Assembly (NCBI RefSeq): GCF_035084215.1
Contig: NC_090334.1
Span: 44,578,001 to 44,642,000, forward strand
Origin: Heptranchias perlo
Taxonomy: Eukaryota
DNA length: 64,000 nucleotides
Reading direction: 5' to 3'
In this document: piece after piece, positions 62,020 to 64,000 of the stretch
How positions within the stretch are numbered: position 1 is the first letter of the stretch
How the letters are laid out: each line of letters begins with the position of its first letter
Position numbers and translations under genes: made by a program
The notes under the pieces: model-generated
Database searches by the model: none
Told to the model about the DNA's origin: nothing
The model's input: the letters and a program-made list of their open reading frames with translations, nothing else

Positions 62020-62719
62020 TTTTCAAATAAAACAGTTGGACTATAACCTGGTGTTGTAAGATTCCTTACATTTGTCCACCCCAGTCCATCACCGGCATCT
62101 CCACATCTTGAAAATTCAAAGTATACAACTGTGGGCAGCACATAATAGAAAGCAGATTCCATGCAACTTTGACCCTTACGTTAGTTTTCTCATTTGTTGT
62201 GTTACCAGGATAGATTTTCTATTCATAGAAAGAAATTGCGATTGAGTTTCAGGTAATTGGAAGCTAAAACTCAATTGCAAATAACTCAAAAATACAGTAC
62301 TAACTAAGCACACCTGAACCATGCAATAACAATACTGTCAGTAAAATATTTTCATACACTGTGATTCCAGTTACAAACCTGTAGAAATAAGAGGACATGG
62401 TGTAGATGTGATGTATGCTCTTTTTGAAATGTAACCGATAAAGCCCACAAATAAAGTGCAGGCGTTTTGTTTGAAGTCTGTTCTTAACAACAAAGAATGA
62501 TGTGCACCTTGAGGTTTCTATGATTACAGCCATAGATCATGGATTGCAGACAGGAAATTAACATCCCACAGCACTGCTTTGATGTTGTAAGCAACAAATC
62601 GTTTTGCTTTAGTTCTTGCAAAATGGAGGGGAGAATAATTATTTCAATATTATTTTGCAGTGACTCTGTTGGTGAAAAGACATTCAAATATTTAAATATG
62701 AATGGGGTGAAAACATTCA

Positions 62720-62797
62720 ATCAAAAGCAAAATACTGCGGATGCTGGAAATCTGAACTAAAAACAGAAAATGCTGGAAATACTCAGCAAGTCAGGCT
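62720..62797. mobile_element. Truncated Penelope-derived short element
   Basis: caaaagcaaaatactgcggatgctggaaatctgaa matches 29784-29860. Confidence 0.65.
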
Positions 62798-62839
62798 TTT
62801 TTTTATACGTTCATGCAGAAGAGATTTACTGGAATGGTT

Positions 62840-64000
62840 TTTTTTGATTTGTTCACGGGATGTGGGCGTCGCTGGCGAGGCCAGCATTTATTGCCCATCC
62901 CTAATTGCCCTTGAGAAGGTGGTGGTGAGCCGCCTTCTTGAACCGCTGCAGTCCGTGTGGTGAAGGTTCTCCCACAGTGCTGTTAGGAAGGAATTCCAGG
63001 ATTTTGACCCAGCGACAATGAAGGAACGGCGATATATTTCCAAGTCGGGATGGTGTGTGACTTGGAGGGGAACGTGCAGGTGGTGTTGTTCCCATGTACC
63101 TGCTGCTCTTGTCCTTCTAGGCAGTAGAGGTCGCGGGTTTGGGAGGTGCTGTCGAAGAAGCCTTGGCAAGTTGCTGCAGTGCATCCTGTGGATGGTACAC
63201 AATGCAGCCACAGTGCGCCGGTGGTGAAGGGAGTGAATGTTTAGGGTGGTGGATGGGGTGCCAATCAAGCGGGCTGCTTTGTCCTGTATGGTGTCGAGCT
63301 TCTTGAGTGTTACTTGCCACTTATGAGCCCAAGCCTGGATGTTGTCCAGGTCTTGATGCATGCGGGCACGGACTGCTTCATTATCTGAGGGGTTACGAAT
63401 GGAACTGAACACTGTTCAATCATCAGCGAACATCCCCATTTCTCACTTTATGATGGAGTGAAGGTCATTGATGAAGCAGCTGAACATGGTTGGGCGTAAT
63501 ACACTGCCCTGAGGAACTCCTGCAGCAGTGCCCTGGGGCTGAGATGATTGGCCTCCAATAACCACTACCATCTTCCTTTGTGCTAGGTATGACTCCAGCC
63601 ACTGGAGAGTTTTCCCCCTGATTCCCATTGACTTCAATTTTACTAGGGCTCCTTGGTGCCACACTCGGTCAAATGCTGCCTTGATGTCAAGGGCAGTCAC
63701 TCTCACCTCACCTCTGGAATTCAGCTCTTTTGTCCATGTTTGGACCAAGGCTGTAATGAGGTCTGGAGCCGAGTGGTCCTGGCGGAACCCAAACTGAGCA
63801 TCGGTGAGCAGGTTATTGATGAGTAAGTGCCGCTTGATAGCACTGTTGACGACACCTTCCATCACTTTGCTGATTGAGAGTAGACTGATGGGGCGGTAAT
63901 TGGCCGGATTGGATTTGTCCTGCTTTTTGTGGACAGGACATACCTGGGCAATTTTCCACATTGTCGGGTAGATGCCAGTGTTGTAGCTATACTGGAACAG
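62840..64000 (-). mobile_element. LINE RT/3' end (43026 family), runs off the window, with an internal deletion
   Basis: NYRPISLLS..QFGFR..LDIKAAFDRVWH..GVPQGSVL (63443-63961). Confidence 0.92.

Larger units (their letters stand above)
59742..62107 (+). mobile_element. Penelope-like retroelement (Neptune-type), 5'-truncated with an inverted 1144-bp copy and a 13-bp TSD
   Basis: Arms 59742-60885 (-) and 60931-62074 (+); TTGAAAATTCAAA at 59733-59745 and 62108-62120. Confidence 0.93.

Noticed and set aside
1-64000. CRISPR arrays, operons or prokaryotic defence systems
   Set aside because: The DNA is spliced vertebrate sequence with no regularly spaced repeat-spacer array; most short ORFs in the track are TE fragments or their antisense frames

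Overview
Vertebrate genomic DNA. The repeat families (CR1, L2, Deu-like SINEs, Harbinger, Neptune-type Penelope) suggest a cartilaginous fish; this is an inference. The + strand carries the last 11 coding exons of WDHD1 (AND-1/CTF4: SepB domain, acidic linker, HMG box, stop at 31573). About 15.6 kb downstream lie the promoter and exon 1 of GCH1 (GTP cyclohydrolase 1), whose intron 1 runs past the window end. The rest is mostly nested transposon relics: CR1, L2 and Tx1 LINEs, SINEs, Harbinger elements with Myb/SANT and transposase remnants, and an LTR/ERV integrase relic. The most notable structure is a young Penelope-like insertion in GCH1 intron 1. It forms a ~2.33-kb palindrome (two 1144-bp arms, 45-bp spacer, 13-bp TSD) with an open GIY-YIG frame and a minimal hammerhead ribozyme at each outer end. 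Further hammerhead-bearing PLE derivatives lie elsewhere in the window. Other oddities are a tandem intronic duplication with H/ACA-like features, an exact 70-bp duplication carrying an 8-nt micro-exon look-alike, and a 160-bp inverted duplication at a CR1 5' junction. All coordinates and alignments were read by eye; TE boundaries are approximate.
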